A model generated the notes under the pieces. It ran no database searches. It worked only from the letters and a program-made list of their open reading frames with translations, and had not been told where the DNA came from. A program made the translations under genes and the position numbers. Positions 37,997 to 46,796 of a stretch of DNA of 50,627 bases are shown here, in pieces. Numbering within the stretch: the first letter of the stretch is position 1; the number at the start of each line of letters is the position of its first letter. Source of the DNA: an uncultured Bdellovibrionales bacterium (lineage in GTDB: Bacteria > Myxococcota > XYA12-FULL-58-9 > CAYHNK01); NCBI GenBank assembly GCA_964357695.1, contig CAYHNK010000002.1:1-50627 (forward strand), read 5' to 3'.

Positions 37997-38026
37997 TATG
38001 GCCATACATTTCGAGTATGGCCATAC
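37997..38026. promoter_or_regulatory. two perfect 10-bp palindromes TATGGCCATA spaced 19 bp apart, overlapping the vapB-like start
   Basis: Seen directly at 37997-38006 and 38016-38025. The second contains the ATG at 38017. Confidence 0.35.
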
Positions 38027-38301
38027 CCAAGGTCAAAGCAACCTACTCGCTCGACGTAGCCACTGTGCGCACGCTGGAAGAGACCGCCCGGCGATGGGGT
38101 GTCTCGAAGTCTGAGGTCTTGCGCCGTGCGGTGCAGGCCGTCGGTCAGCGCGGATCCGGGGTACCCAACGATGCGTTGCGGGCTCTCGACGAGTTGCAAG
38201 AGGCGCAGGCGCTGACGGACGGCAAAGCAACGTCGTGGGCGCGCAACGTGCGTCGCGAGCGCCGGGCCTACTCGTCTCGACGTGAGCCAAGAACTTCGTG
38301 A
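38017..38301 (+). CDS. vapB: ribbon-helix-helix antitoxin (VapB/CopG-like)
   Basis: VKATYSLDVATVRTLEETARRWGVSKSEVLRRAV is RHH-like. Its stop overlaps the PIN gene's GTG (GTGA). Confidence 0.7.
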   Translation: MAIPKVKATYSLDVATVRTLEETARRWGVSKSEVLRRAVQAVGQRGSGVPNDALRALDELQEAQALTDGKATSWARNVRRERRAYSSRREPRTS

Positions 38302-38708
38302 TCCACGTCGACACGAGCTTTCTCATCCGTGGCCTTGTGCGCGGATCGGTCGAGGACACGTGGCTTCGTCGCTGGCTCGGTGCCGGTGACGCGCTCGGCA
38401 TGTCGGCCATCGCTTGGACGGAATTCCTGTGCGGCCCCGTCGGCGCGAACGATATTGCCATCGCGACGCGGCTCGTCACCGAGCGACCGGCCTTCACCGA
38501 CGACGATACCGCGCTCGCGGCGGAGCTATTCAATACGTCCGGGAGACGACGCGGCTCCCTCGCGGACTGCATGATCGCCGCCACCGCTCTACGCGCCGAG
38601 GCGCCGCTGGCGACGAGCAACCGCGAGGACTTCACGCGTCTTGTGGCGCATGGGCTGGTACTGTTGCCCACCGCGCCCGCGAGGCGCCGGGCGCGCCCGG
38701 CTAAGTAG
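38298..38708 (+). CDS. vapC: PIN-domain toxin (VapC family)
   Basis: IHVDTSFLI (first acidic residue), TEFL, DCMIAATA and TSNREDF motifs. Confidence 0.85.
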   Translation: MIHVDTSFLIRGLVRGSVEDTWLRRWLGAGDALGMSAIAWTEFLCGPVGANDIAIATRLVTERPAFTDDDTALAAELFNTSGRRRGSLADCMIAATALRAEAPLATSNREDFTRLVAHGLVLLPTAPARRRARPAK

Positions 38709-38931
38709 ATCTGACTCCGGTGCGCGTCCCGTGCCGAGCGACGCCCACGCGCTCGCACGAGCCATCGAGCTTCGCTGAGCTGGTCGCGGCTGCACCCGCG
38801 AAGCGTTACGTGAGTAGTCCGCTTCGCGGTGCGTACGACGCGTTGCGCCATCGGTGCCGCGGGTGTGATGGATCTCACACGCAGCGCGGGTGCAACTAAT
38901 TGATTCGGCGCGGTTCTCTTTTTGGGCGCAC

Positions 38932-38947
38932 TGGCACGGTGGCTGCA
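38932..38947 (+). promoter_or_regulatory. sigma54-type -24/-12 promoter candidate (TGGCACGGTGGCTGCA)
   Basis: Matches TGGCAC-N5-TTGCA at all positions but one. Lies 67 nt upstream of the ATG at 39014. Confidence 0.4.
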
Positions 38948-39013
38948 CTGTGTTGGTGCGATAGCATCATCGGAGCCGCCCCGGCGCGCCTCCCCCAGCC
39001 AGAGGAGCAGAGC

Positions 39014-39934
39014 ATGCGACTTCCCATCTTCGCGACGATACTCGGTCTGGTCGTACCCAGTTTCGCCATGGCCCAGGTCTCACTCGCCCCCGTCGAGGGC
39101 ACCAATCTCACCGACGGCGAAGTCGCCGCCATCACGGTCGTGCTGCGCGATACCTACGCGCGCGTCGCCCAGGTGCAGGTGATGAGCGCCGCCGAGACTG
39201 GCGGGGGCGGCGAGACCCTGCGATGCGGCGCCGTGCGACTTGCCCAGAAGATCAACCTACACTGCGCTCGTCTCGCCACTGACGGCGAGACCCTCTACGC
39301 CGCCGACATCACCGCCGCGTCGCTCGACGATCTGGTCATCGCCGCCGAGCGTATGGCGCGCGCTCTTGCCACCGAGACGCCCGTCGAGCTGACGCGCGAT
39401 CATCGCACGGTCACGCGCGAGGAATCGCTCGCCCGCAATCGCATCTTCATCGAGAAGGTGATGGGCATCAAGGCGTCGACGACCGCAGTCCTGGCCGAGG
39501 GCGTGCACTACAACCCGTCGCTCAGCCTCCAGTTCGACGGTCGCTTGGAAGCCGAGCGGTATTTTCTCGAATTCGGCGCGGGACTCTTGCTGCCGGCGAC
39601 CGGCGATCATCGTGACTACGGCGCGCTCTTCGCCGAGATCGGCGGCAGCCGCTATCTGACAGACGGCGACATCGCCCCGTACATCGGCGCCGGCGTCAGC
39701 CCGCGCATCATCTTCGACTCGGTCGACGGCGGCATCGGCGTCGCACCCTACGTGCAAGCGGGCCTGATGCTCATGCGCGCCTCCTCGAGCCGGCTGTACT
39801 TCGACGTGCGGCTGTCGCAGAACCTGACGCCGCTGCACAAGCGCGACACCTACGACTGGGCGACCGACACCAGCGTGTCGAGCACCGAGATCTATCCGAC
39901 AGAGATCGGGTTCCTCTTCGGCATCGGTTGGTAG
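39014..39934 (+). CDS. secreted protein with predicted C-terminal beta-barrel
   Basis: AGAGGAG RBS, signal peptide (ILGLVVPSFAMAQ), and a C-terminal half of alternating strands ending FLFGIGW. Confidence 0.55.
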   Translation: MRLPIFATILGLVVPSFAMAQVSLAPVEGTNLTDGEVAAITVVLRDTYARVAQVQVMSAAETGGGGETLRCGAVRLAQKINLHCARLATDGETLYAADITAASLDDLVIAAERMARALATETPVELTRDHRTVTREESLARNRIFIEKVMGIKASTTAVLAEGVHYNPSLSLQFDGRLEAERYFLEFGAGLLLPATGDHRDYGALFAEIGGSRYLTDGDIAPYIGAGVSPRIIFDSVDGGIGVAPYVQAGLMLMRASSSRLYFDVRLSQNLTPLHKRDTYDWATDTSVSSTEIYPTEIGFLFGIGW

Positions 39935-39940
39935 TGGTCA

Positions 39941-41099
39941 GTGGGCGCGACGCGCCGCCACGCGGAGCTCAAGAAGATACCGGGCCTGTCCGTGCTCGTG
40001 GGGGCCAATGGCAGCGGCAAATCGACGCTCTTCAGTGTGTTCGGCTTTCTCAAGGACGCGCTCACCGACAATGTCCATGTCGCGCTGACCAAGCTCGGCG
40101 GAAGTAAGGGCTTTTCCGAGGTGCGCAGCCGCAACGCCGAGGGACCGATCGAAATCGAGCTGAAGTTTCGCGAGAAGGAAGGGGCGCCGCTCACGACGAC
40201 TATCTGCCATCGACGAGCGCGCGGGGCGACCGGTCGTTGCCAGAGAAGTTCTCAAGTACCGTCGTGCCGTGCGAGGCAAGCCCTGGCACTTTCTCGACTT
40301 CGAAGCGGGCAAGGGCTTCGCCGTCACCAACGAGCCGGACATGGTGACCGAAGAGACCGACCTCGTCCGTGAAGAGCACACGCTCAAGTCACCGGACATC
40401 CTGGCGGTCAAAGGGCTGGCGCAGTTCGAGAAGTTTCCAGCGAGCCGTGCCCTCGGCGACCTGATCGAGAACTGGCATCTGTCGGATTTCCACATCCAGC
40501 GCGCGCGCCCAGAACGGGATGCGGGCTATGCGGAGCACCTCTCAAGAGAGGGGGACAACCTCTCGCTCGTCGTCGAGTACCTGTACAAGCGTCACGAGAA
40601 TGTCTTCAATCGCATCTTGGCACGCATGAAAGAGCGCGTGCCGGGTATCTCCAGCATCGAGCCGAAGGTGACGGAAGAGGGTCGCATCCTGCTTCGCTTT
40701 CAGGATGGGGCGTTCGAGGATCCCTTCCTCGCCCGCAACGTCTCGGATGGCACGATCAAGATGCTCGCGTACTTGGTGCTGCTCAATGATCCGAAGCCCC
40801 ACCCGCTCTTGTGCGTGGAGGAGCCGGAGAACCAGCTCTATCCCAAGCTGCTGGCCGAGCTGGCAGAGGAGTTTCGGGACTACGCCCGCCGTGGCGGACA
40901 GGTCTTCGTCTCGACCCACTCCCCCGACTTGCTGAACGCCGCGAGTCTCGAGGAAGTGTTCTGGCTGGTCAAAGACAAGGGGTACACAGTCGTGCGGCGT
41001 GCCTCCGACGATCCGCAGCTCGTGCGTTACATCGCCGACGGCGACCAGCTCGGCTACCTGTGGAAACAAGGGTTCTTCGAGGGGGCCGACCCTCGATGA
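39941..41099 (+). pseudogene. AAA/ABC-type ATPase (AAA_15/21-like), frame-disrupted
   Basis: Walker A VLVGANGSGKST is in frame 2. The remainder (…LSAIDERAGRPVVAREVLKYRR…LLCVEEPENQLYP…VSTHSPDLL) is in frame 0. The frames switch near 40195-40200. Confidence 0.7.
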
Positions 41100-41654
41100 C
41101 CGAGCTCGTGTTCCTGCTCGAAGAACGTTCGGCCGAGGCCCTATTGGAGCGCCTCCTGCGTGTTCGAAGGCAAACAGGATCTGGAGAAGCAGCTCACCCG
41201 CCGGCTGCGCGGCTACCTCGTACCGAAGGTGCGCTTCGTCGTTCTGCGCGACCAGGACGCCGGTGACTGCGTCGTCGTGAAGGGCAGGCTCAGGGACCGC
41301 TGCGTTGCGGCGGGCCGCGCCGATGCGATCGTGCGCATCGCGTGCCGTGAGATCGAGAGCTGGTACCTCGCCGACTTGGCGGCGGTCGAACGAGGACTCG
41401 GTGTGGTCAACCTGAGCCGCTGGCAAGCGAAGAAGGCGTACCAGGCGCCCGACGCAATTCACTCGCCAGCGCGCGAGCTGCGGCGGCTGGCGCCGAGCTA
41501 CCAGAAGATCGCGGGCTCACGCGCCATTGCGCCACACCTCGATATCGAGAACCGGCGTTCGCGCAGTTTTGCCAACTTCATCTCGGCGGTCCAACGAGCG
41601 GCCGCGGAGCTTGACGAAGGCGCTCCGGCGAAGTCGAGCGTGAGCGGCGGTTGA
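41096..41654 (+). pseudogene. DUF4276-family protein, frame-disrupted
   Basis: MTELVFLLEERSAEALLERLL is in one frame (ATGA overlap with the ATPase gene). FEGKQDLEKQL...VVLRDQD...REIESWYLAD is in another. The break lies near 41150-41162. Confidence 0.65.
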
Positions 41655-41810
41655 TCGATCAGCGCCACGCCGACGAGGGCAAACGCTGATGGTAGACGGT
41701 CCCGAGCTCTTGCGGGCATCGCGTCGCGACGACGTTCTGGCCGCCTCGCTGCGACTTTGGTCGACAATGACATTTGGAGCGCACCCCCGAACCGCTGGTC
41801 GCCAAAGGCT

Positions 41811-41949
41811 CTTCGATGATGCCACGCGCGAGAAAACCCGCGAGCTCACGTCGCACGAACTTCGGTACCGGACGCTCGACCTCATCGGCAGCGGCCGAGA
41901 ACGCCAGCAGGTGCTCGGCGACCGCCTGGCACGCCCGAGACGATCTCAC
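41811..41949 (-). pseudogene. IS91-family transposase N-terminal relic (copy 5 of 5)
   Basis: QAVAEHLLAF....ERPVPKFVRRELAGFLARGIIE parallels QAVAEHLPAF...DRTVPKLVRREVEGFLACGIIE at 8930-9050. Homology ends there. Confidence 0.55.
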
Positions 41950-43625
41950 GGCTCGCAGTGATACCAGGTGTGCTCGTCACCGCCGTCGTCGCACGCACCG
42001 TCCTCGTAGCACCACACTTCGCCGACCTTGATGTCGTGCATGCCCTCGACCAGCTCGGCGACGAGGTTGCCGTCGGCGTCGTAGGTCTCGGTGGTGCGTC
42101 GATCGATGACGCCGTCGGGCAAGTAGCCGAGCGGAGAGAGACAATGGCCGAGATTGGCTTCGAAGCCGTCTTCGTCGAAGGTCCGTGTGTGCGACGCGCT
42201 GTCCCAACGCGCAGCCGTGCGTAGATCCACCTCGCCGTCGCCGTCCTCGTCTGTCGCGCAGGCCATCGCCTCCGTCGACGCGTCGAAGGAGCAGGTCTGG
42301 CGATAGTAGAGACTCTCTCCGTAGCCCTGTTCATCGAGCAGCAGCCTCCCCTCGGCGTCGTACTGCCGATGGGTGTAGGCGTCGACGACACCGTCGGCAC
42401 CGGTGTCGTAGTAGGAGTTGGAGCCATCGAGCTCGAACGAGATGAGTCGCCCCGCACCGTCGTAGACCCGCGTCTCGCTGTACTCGAAAGGCTCACCGAT
42501 GGGATGGTCGTGAGCCTGGTAGACTTCGCGCCCGGCCGCGTCGTAGGCAAAGTCCATGCGCTCGTCGACGATCCCGTCGGCGACACCATTGGAAGAGCCG
42601 GTGTACATGTCGGGGTCGTAGCCGTCGACCTCGCGCACGATGACGCGGCCGTCGGCGTTGAAGGTTTCGGTGACGAGCTGCATCGGAGCGGCAAACGGGT
42701 CGCACACGGCACCAACCTCGCAGGTCCTCATCGAGACGGCGCGATGGCGCTGGTGCGCCACGTCGTCGTAGGTCGACTCCGCGCGCCTTTCGACCGGCCC
42801 GTCGCATTCGGCGTCCGTCTCGACGAGCACCTCACGTCCGTCGGCGTCGAACGCCCAGCCGCCGCACCGGTCGACGAAGGCGCTCGACCGGAGATGTGAG
42901 AAGGTCGGGCTCTCGTATAACGGCCGACGCGACTCGAAGCGCAAGGTCCCCGACGCATCGTAGGTGCGCTCGATCTCCGCCGCCACCGTGCCGCGGCAAT
43001 AGGCGACTTCGTGCACCAGGTTGCCGCTCGGGTCGTACGCGTAGTCACGCCAGTGGTCGAGCTCTCCGTCGGGGGGATCGACCTCGCCGTCGGGCGGTGG
43101 CGTCCGTTCGCTGTACGCCACCGTGCCGTCGAAGTAGCCGAAGAAGGCGTCGCCGCAGCCGTCACAACCGAGAGAGACGAGCCGGTTCTGGACGTCGTAG
43201 TGGTAGACGAGCCGGTGGCGGGGCGTCAGCGTCGTAGCAGCGTCGTCTTGCCAGCCGGTGGCATAGGACTCTTCGCTCAGCCGCCCGAGCGCGTCGTAGG
43301 CGAAGACACGCGCGGTGCTCGACATCCCGCCCATCTGGGCTTCCTCCTCCTCCACCTGCGAGACGAGCCTGCCGTCGACGTCGTAGGCGTAGCGCTGGCG
43401 CTCGTCGAGCCGCTCTCGAGTCGGCCGACCGCGACTGAAGCGCGCGTGCTCCGTCAGACGGCCCGCCGCGTCGTAGCTCCAGCTGGCGCGCTCGTAGGGC
43501 CCGAAAACGGTGCGCAAGACGTCCCAGTACTCCCCACTGCCGTCGCAGTGGCAATCGCGAAACGATGCCGTCGCAACGACGAGCACCAGTGCCAGCAACC
43601 CGCGATTTCGAACGCGCCGATGCAT
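41946..43625 (-). CDS. YD/RHS-repeat protein (short, with no recognisable C-terminal toxin or RHS core)
   Basis: Signal-like start at ATG 43625. At least 12 YD-type repeats (YAYDVDGRLV, FAYDALGRL, YAYDPSGNLV, TYDASGTL, FAYDAAGREV, VYDGAGRLI, QYDAEGRLL, TYDADGNLV). Confidence 0.8.
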   Translation of the reverse strand: MHRRVRNRGLLALVLVVATASFRDCHCDGSGEYWDVLRTVFGPYERASWSYDAAGRLTEHARFSRGRPTRERLDERQRYAYDVDGRLVSQVEEEEAQMGGMSSTARVFAYDALGRLSEESYATGWQDDAATTLTPRHRLVYHYDVQNRLVSLGCDGCGDAFFGYFDGTVAYSERTPPPDGEVDPPDGELDHWRDYAYDPSGNLVHEVAYCRGTVAAEIERTYDASGTLRFESRRPLYESPTFSHLRSSAFVDRCGGWAFDADGREVLVETDAECDGPVERRAESTYDDVAHQRHRAVSMRTCEVGAVCDPFAAPMQLVTETFNADGRVIVREVDGYDPDMYTGSSNGVADGIVDERMDFAYDAAGREVYQAHDHPIGEPFEYSETRVYDGAGRLISFELDGSNSYYDTGADGVVDAYTHRQYDAEGRLLLDEQGYGESLYYRQTCSFDASTEAMACATDEDGDGEVDLRTAARWDSASHTRTFDEDGFEANLGHCLSPLGYLPDGVIDRRTTETYDADGNLVAELVEGMHDIKVGEVWCYEDGACDDGGDEHTWYHCEP

Positions 43626-43873
43626 GCGCCCTCCACCCGGCGCCCTCCCCACGATGATGGTACGCAATCGGCGGGCCGCACGCCACCAACTCGTCGCATA
43701 GCGATGCGTGTGATGAGCGTCGCCAATAGCGGTAGTTCCTGCACGAGGCCCCAGCAACGGGTGCCACCCTATTTCGCAAGCGGGTGCGCATCGTGCAAGC
43801 TCGCATCCAGGATCGCGAGGGGCAACGAGGCTTCGTGCTTGCCCTACATGCTGGCGAAAAGTAAGCTGCGCCC

Positions 43874-44290
43874 GTGGTCTCGAGAGCGCTCAAAGCCCAG
43901 ATCGTCACCGATCTGCGAAACACACACAGGCACCTCGACTACAGCTACAGAAAGGTCTTGGGGCTCAGCCTCGAACGCGACCTCGGCGAAGAGGAGCTCG
44001 ATACCCTCGAAAGCTTTTCGAGCAGGTTCGCGCGGTACTCGGACACGGTCGTCGCACGCTATTTTCGTGCTCTGATGCTGGATCGCGACCCTGCCTTTCG
44101 CGGCTCTGTCATCGATTTGCTCAACTCCGCAGAGAAGCTCGGCTGGATCGACTCAGCAAACACCTGGCGACGGATACGAGAGCTGCGCAACGTTGCGGCC
44201 CATCAGTACACGGATGATGACTTTCTCGCGCTCTACCGCGAGCTGCGCGATCTTGCGTCGGTGCTGCTTGCCGTCTCCCTCGAGCTATGA
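43874..44290 (+). CDS. HEPN-type nucleotidyltransferase-substrate-binding protein (HI0074-like)
   Basis: WRRIRELRNVAAHQYTDDDF contains the R-x4-H HEPN motif in the HI0074-family context. GTG start. Confidence 0.7.
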   Translation: MVSRALKAQIVTDLRNTHRHLDYSYRKVLGLSLERDLGEEELDTLESFSSRFARYSDTVVARYFRALMLDRDPAFRGSVIDLLNSAEKLGWIDSANTWRRIRELRNVAAHQYTDDDFLALYRELRDLASVLLAVSLEL

Positions 44291-44586
44291 GACTCGACGA
44301 TCGTACCGTTCGCGTCATTGTGAGCTTTTTCCTGGCCCACGACCCGCACGCACGCATTCATCTGTACGGTTCTCGGGTGCGCGACGATCTGCGCGGCGGT
44401 GACATCGACCTGATCGTCATCAGTGAGGTCTTGGGGTTCACCGACAAGATTGACGCGCTCAGCCACATCAAGCAGGAGCTTGGCGACCAACGCATCGATC
44501 TGCGGATCCTGACGGCGCCCGAGGCCGCCGCCGACCCGTTCATCGTCGAAGTGTTGCGAGAGGCCCAGGAGTTGACCCGCTCGTGA
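44287..44586 (+). CDS. minimal nucleotidyltransferase (MNT)
   Basis: IHLYGSRVRDDLRGGDIDLIV (GS...D.D NTase motif). ATGA overlap with the HEPN gene. Confidence 0.8.
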   Translation: MRLDDRTVRVIVSFFLAHDPHARIHLYGSRVRDDLRGGDIDLIVISEVLGFTDKIDALSHIKQELGDQRIDLRILTAPEAAADPFIVEVLREAQELTRS

Positions 44587-44873
44587 CCCCAGCCGCTGCA
44601 ACGGCAATTGGCACCATCGCGGCGGTGCTCACCACCGCAAGCTTCATACCCCAGGTGGTCCGTGTGCTACGCCAGCGCGAGACCGCCGGGATCTCGCTTT
44701 GGATGTACGGTCTCTTCACCGTCGGGGTGGGACTCTGGCTCGTCTACGGTTGGCTCATCGAGAGCGCGCCAGTCGTCATCGCGAACGCCATCACCTTCGT
44801 CCTCGCCGCCTCGGTGCTTGGCGCTACCGCCTATCTGCGCGCACGGTCCAAGCGTGACACACCCCCTCGATGA
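44583..44873 (+). CDS. SemiSWEET/PQ-loop family transporter
   Basis: 96 aa with three TM segments and an FIPQVVRVLRQRETAGISLWMY PQ motif. GTGA overlap with the MNT gene. Confidence 0.8.
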   Translation: MTPAAATAIGTIAAVLTTASFIPQVVRVLRQRETAGISLWMYGLFTVGVGLWLVYGWLIESAPVVIANAITFVLAASVLGATAYLRARSKRDTPPR

Positions 44874-45060
44874 GCTCGCCAACGCTCGCATGCCGTTCGG
44901 TCAATACGCCGGCCGGCGCCTGAGCGAGCTGCCGGAGGCCTATCTCGTCTGGTTTGAACGCGAGGGCTGGCCCCACGGCAAGCTCGGCGCGCAGATGGCG
45001 GCGATGCTCGAGATCAAGCACAACGGTCTTGTGCATCTGTTAAAGCCGCTGGTGCGATGA
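44854..45060 (+). CDS. DUF3820-family protein
   Basis: MPFGQYAGRRLSELPEAYLVWFEREGWPHGKLG...EIKHNGL pattern. GTG at 44854 overlaps the SemiSWEET 3' end by 20 nt. Confidence 0.6.
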   Translation: MTHPLDELANARMPFGQYAGRRLSELPEAYLVWFEREGWPHGKLGAQMAAMLEIKHNGLVHLLKPLVR

Positions 45061-45128
45061 AGTGCGCCGAGGATTTCGCCGAGACTCGTTGGCTCACGTT
45101 GGCGAGGCGACGCGCGACGGCGCTCCGG

Positions 45129-45248
45129 CGTCGTCGACCCCGCGCACCTGTCGTTTGAGGTGTCCGACCGGTTCGTTGACCGTTCGCACCAATCGTTCGA
45201 GCACACCGACCGGTTCGTTGACCCCTCGCACCGATTGGTCGAGGCCCC
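45129..45248. repeat. 42-bp tandem repeat, about 2.85 units
   Basis: GACCGGTTCGTTGACC(g/c)(t/c)TCGCACC(a/g)AT(c/t)G(t/g)TCGAG units at 45165 and 45207, with a degenerate partial unit upstream. Intergenic between convergent genes. Confidence 0.6.
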
Positions 45249-45287
45249 AAGGTCGGTGCCACACACGCGCAAGGCGACGCGCTGGCG

Positions 45288-45881
45288 CTATTTCCCGCCC
45301 CTGCCCTCGTTGGGCAGCGCAGGACCCCGCAGCGTCTCTGACTCGTCCTTGTTGGGGTCGAAGCGGCGCACGCGACCATAGGGCGTGTGCAGGTAGAGGT
45401 AGCCCGGTCGCACGCCGTGGTCGCGGTCGTATTCGGCCGCGGCGCGGTCGCCGGCAGAGAACTGCTCCTGCATGCCGTTGACCTGCGAGTCGCTACCGCG
45501 GCGCGGGTGCGTATGGAAGGCCGCCACGGCCTGCGGCGGCGGCGGGCCGAGGCAAAGCTTGCCGGGCGAGGGCACCTTGCCGAATTTCGAGCAGGCGCGT
45601 GAGCTCAAGACCTCGGTGTAGGTGAAGCCCCCGGTAGGGTCGCGCACGATCCAACCGCCGTACTCCATGAACTGATCCTGCTGGGCGCGGCTGTGATCGA
45701 GACCGTCGGCGGCCGCGGCGTCCACCGTCGGGAACTTCGCCCCCGGGCCGCGGCTTGCTTGGTTAGGAAGGTTGCGGCGCAGCGGCGAGTCCTCCTCGAT
45801 CGGACGGTCGGAGTACGTGTTGGTGGCCCGGTCGAAGTAGATCTTGCCCATGCGTGCTGTCTCGCTCTTCAAGATATACAC
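45288..45881 (-). CDS. hypothetical protein, DUF4329-like
   Basis: EYGGWIVRDPTGGFTYTEV ... AFHTHP ... FSAGD pattern, recalled from DUF4329 domains that often accompany RHS proteins. The start could be 45881 or 45851. Confidence 0.4.
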   Translation of the reverse strand: MYILKSETARMGKIYFDRATNTYSDRPIEEDSPLRRNLPNQASRGPGAKFPTVDAAAADGLDHSRAQQDQFMEYGGWIVRDPTGGFTYTEVLSSRACSKFGKVPSPGKLCLGPPPPQAVAAFHTHPRRGSDSQVNGMQEQFSAGDRAAAEYDRDHGVRPGYLYLHTPYGRVRRFDPNKDESETLRGPALPNEGRGGK

Positions 45882-45946
45882 GAGCCGCGGAGCGACGCCT
45901 AGGTAGCGCGTGTGCTTTCTACGCGCTCGAATGCGGGTCCTACTGC

Positions 45947-46729
45947 CTACGTCGCCTTGCTGCGTCGATGATTGAGCGTCGTCGACGCCTGGGCGACCGG
46001 CATCATGACGATGTCGTCGATGTTGACATGCACGGGGCGCGTGGCGCAGTAGAGGATCGCGTCGGTGATGTCCTCGGCGACGAGCGGGTCGAGACCCTCG
46101 TAGATCTTCTGGGCCCGCGCCTCATCGCCGTGAAAGCGCACGACGCTGAACTCGGTCTCCACCATGCCCGGATCGACGCTGCTCACCCGGATGGGCGTGC
46201 CGAGCAGATCCATACGCAGCCCGCGACTCAAGGCGCGCACCGCGTGTTTCGTCGCACAGTAGACGGCGCCGCCGGGGTAGACCTCGTGGCCGGCGAGTGA
46301 GCCGAGATTGATCACGTGTCCGCGGCCGCGCTCCACCATGCCCGGCACGATGGCGCGCGTGACCGTGAGCAGACCCTTGATGTTGGTGTCGATCATCTCG
46401 TGCCAGTCGTCGCTCGCGCCCTCGTGCAGCTTGCTCATGCCGCGGCTCAGACCGGCGTTGTTGATGAGTACATCGACGGCGTGAAAAGGTGGTCGCAGCG
46501 CCGCGAGGGCCGAGGTCACGGCCGCTTCCTCGCGCACATCGAGGGTGACGAGCTCGATCTGGGTCCGATGCGCAGCGCGCAGCTCGGCAGCTAGAGCTTC
46601 GAGACGCTCGCGACGGCGCGCGGCGAGCACGAGCACCGCACCCTCGGCGGCAAAAGCGCGCGCGCAGGCGGCGCCGATGCCACTGCTGGCGCCCGTGATG
46701 AGAACGACGCGGTCAGCAAGGCGACTCAT
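45947..46729 (-). CDS. SDR-family NAD(P)-dependent oxidoreductase
   Basis: ITGASSGIG cofactor motif, NNAG, and the YCATK catalytic Y-x3-K. ATG at 46729. Confidence 0.9.
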   Translation of the reverse strand: MSRLADRVVLITGASSGIGAACARAFAAEGAVLVLAARRRERLEALAAELRAAHRTQIELVTLDVREEAAVTSALAALRPPFHAVDVLINNAGLSRGMSKLHEGASDDWHEMIDTNIKGLLTVTRAIVPGMVERGRGHVINLGSLAGHEVYPGGAVYCATKHAVRALSRGLRMDLLGTPIRVSSVDPGMVETEFSVVRFHGDEARAQKIYEGLDPLVAEDITDAILYCATRPVHVNIDDIVMMPVAQASTTLNHRRSKAT

Positions 46730-46796
46730 GCAAAACCTCCGGCGGCGGACCATAGTCAAGGGACTCCCGTTGGCGCAAGCGGTGGTGTAGCATCGC

